Shown here: positions 62,020 to 64,000 of the stretch, in pieces
Layout of the letters: each line of letters begins with the position of its first letter
How positions within the stretch are numbered: the first letter of the stretch is position 1
Assembly (NCBI GenBank): GCA_038087875.1
Contig: CM075999.1
Coordinates: forward strand, 4,156,001-4,220,000
Origin: Malacoraja senta
Taxonomy: Eukaryota
Length of the DNA: 64,000 bases
Direction of reading: 5' to 3'
Notes under the pieces: generated by a model
Seen by the model: the letters and a program-made list of their open reading frames with translations, nothing else
Told to the model about the DNA's origin: nothing
The model's database searches: none
Made by a program: the position numbers and the translations under genes

Positions 62020-64000
62020 GTATGAGTTGAACGTGCAGATAGCTATTAATGATTATGATATAGTTGGGATCACGGAGACATGGCTCCAGGGTGACCAAGG
62101 CTGGGAGCTGAACATCCAGGGATATTCAATATTCAGGAGGGATAGAGAGAAAGGAAAAGGAGGTGGGGTAGCGTTGCTGGTTAGAGAGGAGATTAACGCA
62201 GTGGAAAGGAAGGACATTAGCTTGGAGGATGTGGAATCGGTATGGGTAGAGCTGCGAAACACTAAGGGGCAGAAAACGCTGGTGGGTGTTGTGTAGAGGC
62301 CACCTAACTGTAGTAGTGAAGTTGGGGATGGCATCAAACAGGAAATTAGAAATGCGGTGCAACAAAGGCAAAACAGTTATAATGGGTGACTTCAATCTAC
62401 ATATAGTTTGGGTGAATCAAATTGGCAGGGGTGCTGAGGAAGAGGATTTCTTGGAATGTATGCGGGATAGTTATCTAAACCAACATGTAGAGGAACCAAC
62501 GAGAGAGCAGGCTATTCTAGACTGGGTATTGAGTAATGAGGAAGGGTTAGTTAGCAGTCTTGTTGTGCGTGCCCCCTTGGGCAAGAGTGACCATAATATG
62601 GTTGAGTTCTTCATTAGGATGGAAAGTGACATTGTTAATTCAGAAACAATGGTTCTGAACTTAAAGAAAGGTAACTTTGAGGGTATCAGACGTGAATTGG
62701 CCAAGATTGACTGGCAATTAGTTCTAAAAGGGTTGACGGTGGATATGCAATGGAAGGCATTTAAAGACTGCATGGATGAACTACAAAAATTGTTCATCCC
62801 AGTTTGGCAAAAGAATAAATCAGGGAAGGTAGTGCATCCGTGGATAACAAGGGAAATCAGGGATAGTATCAAAGCAAAAGAGATGCGTACAAATTAGCCA
62901 GAAAAAGCAGCATACCGGAGGACTGGGAGAAATTCAGAGACCCGCAGAGGAGGACAAAGGGCTTAATTAGGAAAGGGAAAATAGATTATGAAAGAAAACT
63001 GGCAGGGAACATAAAAACTGACTGCAAAAGTTTTTATAGATATGTGAAGAGAAAGAGATTAGTTAAAACAAATGTAGGTCCCTTGCAGTCAGAAACAGGT
63101 GAATTGATCATGGGGAACAAGGATATGGCGGACCAATTGAATAACTACTTTGGTTCCGTCTTCACTAAGGAAGACATAAATAATCTGCCGGAAATAGCAG
63201 GGGACCGTGGGTCAAAGGAGATGGAGGAACTGAGTGAAATCCTGGTTAGTCGGGAAGTGGTGTTGGGTAAATTGATTGGATTAAAGGCCGATAAATCACC
63301 AGGGCCAGATAGCTGCATCCCAGAGTACTTAAGGAAGTAGCTCCAGAAATAGTGGATGCATTAGTGATAATTTTTCAAAACTCTTTAGATTCTGGAGTAG
63401 TTCCTGAGGATTGGAGGGTAGCAAACGTAACCCCACTTTTTAAGAAGGGAGGGAGAGAGAAAACGGGAATTACAGACCAGTTAGTCTAACATCGGTAGTG
63501 GGGAAACTGCTAGAGTCAGTTATTAAAGATGGGATAGCAGCACATTTGGAAAGTGGTGAAATCATTGGACAAAGTCAGCATGGATTTACGAAAGGTAAAT
63601 CGTGTCTGACGAATCTTATAGAATTTTTCGAGGATGTAACTAGTAGAGTGGATAGGGGAGAACCAGTGGATGTGTTGTATCTGGATTTTCAGAAGGCTTT
63701 CGACAAGGTCCCACATAAGAGATTGATATACAAACTTAAAGCACATGGTATTGGGGTTCAGTATTGATGTGGATAGAGAACTGGCTGGCAAACAGGAAGC
63801 AAAGAGTAGGAGTAAACGGGTCCTTTTCACAATGGCAGGCAGTGACTAGTGGGTACTGCAAGGCTCAGTGCTGGGACCCCAGCTATTTACAATTTATATT
63901 AATGAACTGGATGAGGAATTGAAGGCAACATCTCCAAGTTTGCTGTGAGGAGGATGCTAGGAGACTGCAAGGTGACTTGGATAGGCTGGGTGAGTGGGCA
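62020..64000 (+). mobile_element. CR1 LINE ORF2 (APE endonuclease plus RT N-terminal part), frameshifted; continues beyond the window
   Basis: DIVGITETW...RRDR..GKGGGVAL; IMGDFN...LDWVLSN...LGKSDHNMV; QHGFTKGKSCLTNL...LDFQKAFDKVPH. Confidence 0.95.

Overview
Vertebrate genomic DNA, most likely from a cartilaginous fish (skate/ray-like). This is inferred from a tRNA-derived V-SINE of the HE1 type, elasmobranch-style CR1 3' tails ((TCTATGTT)n) and abundant Penelope-derived repeats. The window is mostly interspersed repeats: many CR1 LINE fragments, L2, Rex1/Babar, a Tx1/L1 3' end, a Penelope element with a GIY-YIG ORF, a Tc1-like IR/DR element, a hAT (Charlie/Buster) element and a non-autonomous Helitron. 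It also has mini/microsatellites and one 200-N gap. Two protein-coding genes can be supported, arranged head-to-head. FAM229A is on the minus strand (coding exons 47295-47177 and 45792-45690, 73 aa, with a probable non-coding first exon ending at 54911). TSSK3 is on the plus strand (exons 56794-56938 and 59028-~59696) and has an apparent 1-bp frameshift just before the conserved HPWL end. The most notable non-genic signals are three. (i) The dispersed short repeat '...CTGAAGAAGGGTCTCGACCCGAAACGTC...' carries a minimal type-I hammerhead-ribozyme core, matches both ends of the local Penelope element, and inserts as fold-back or tandem units. (ii) A ~7.5 kb G-rich hexamer minisatellite fills almost all of FAM229A intron 1. 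(iii) The Helitron has two tandem 5' ends and internal minisatellites. All identifications come from reading the sequence and recalling family motifs; no database searches were run, and repeat boundaries are approximate.
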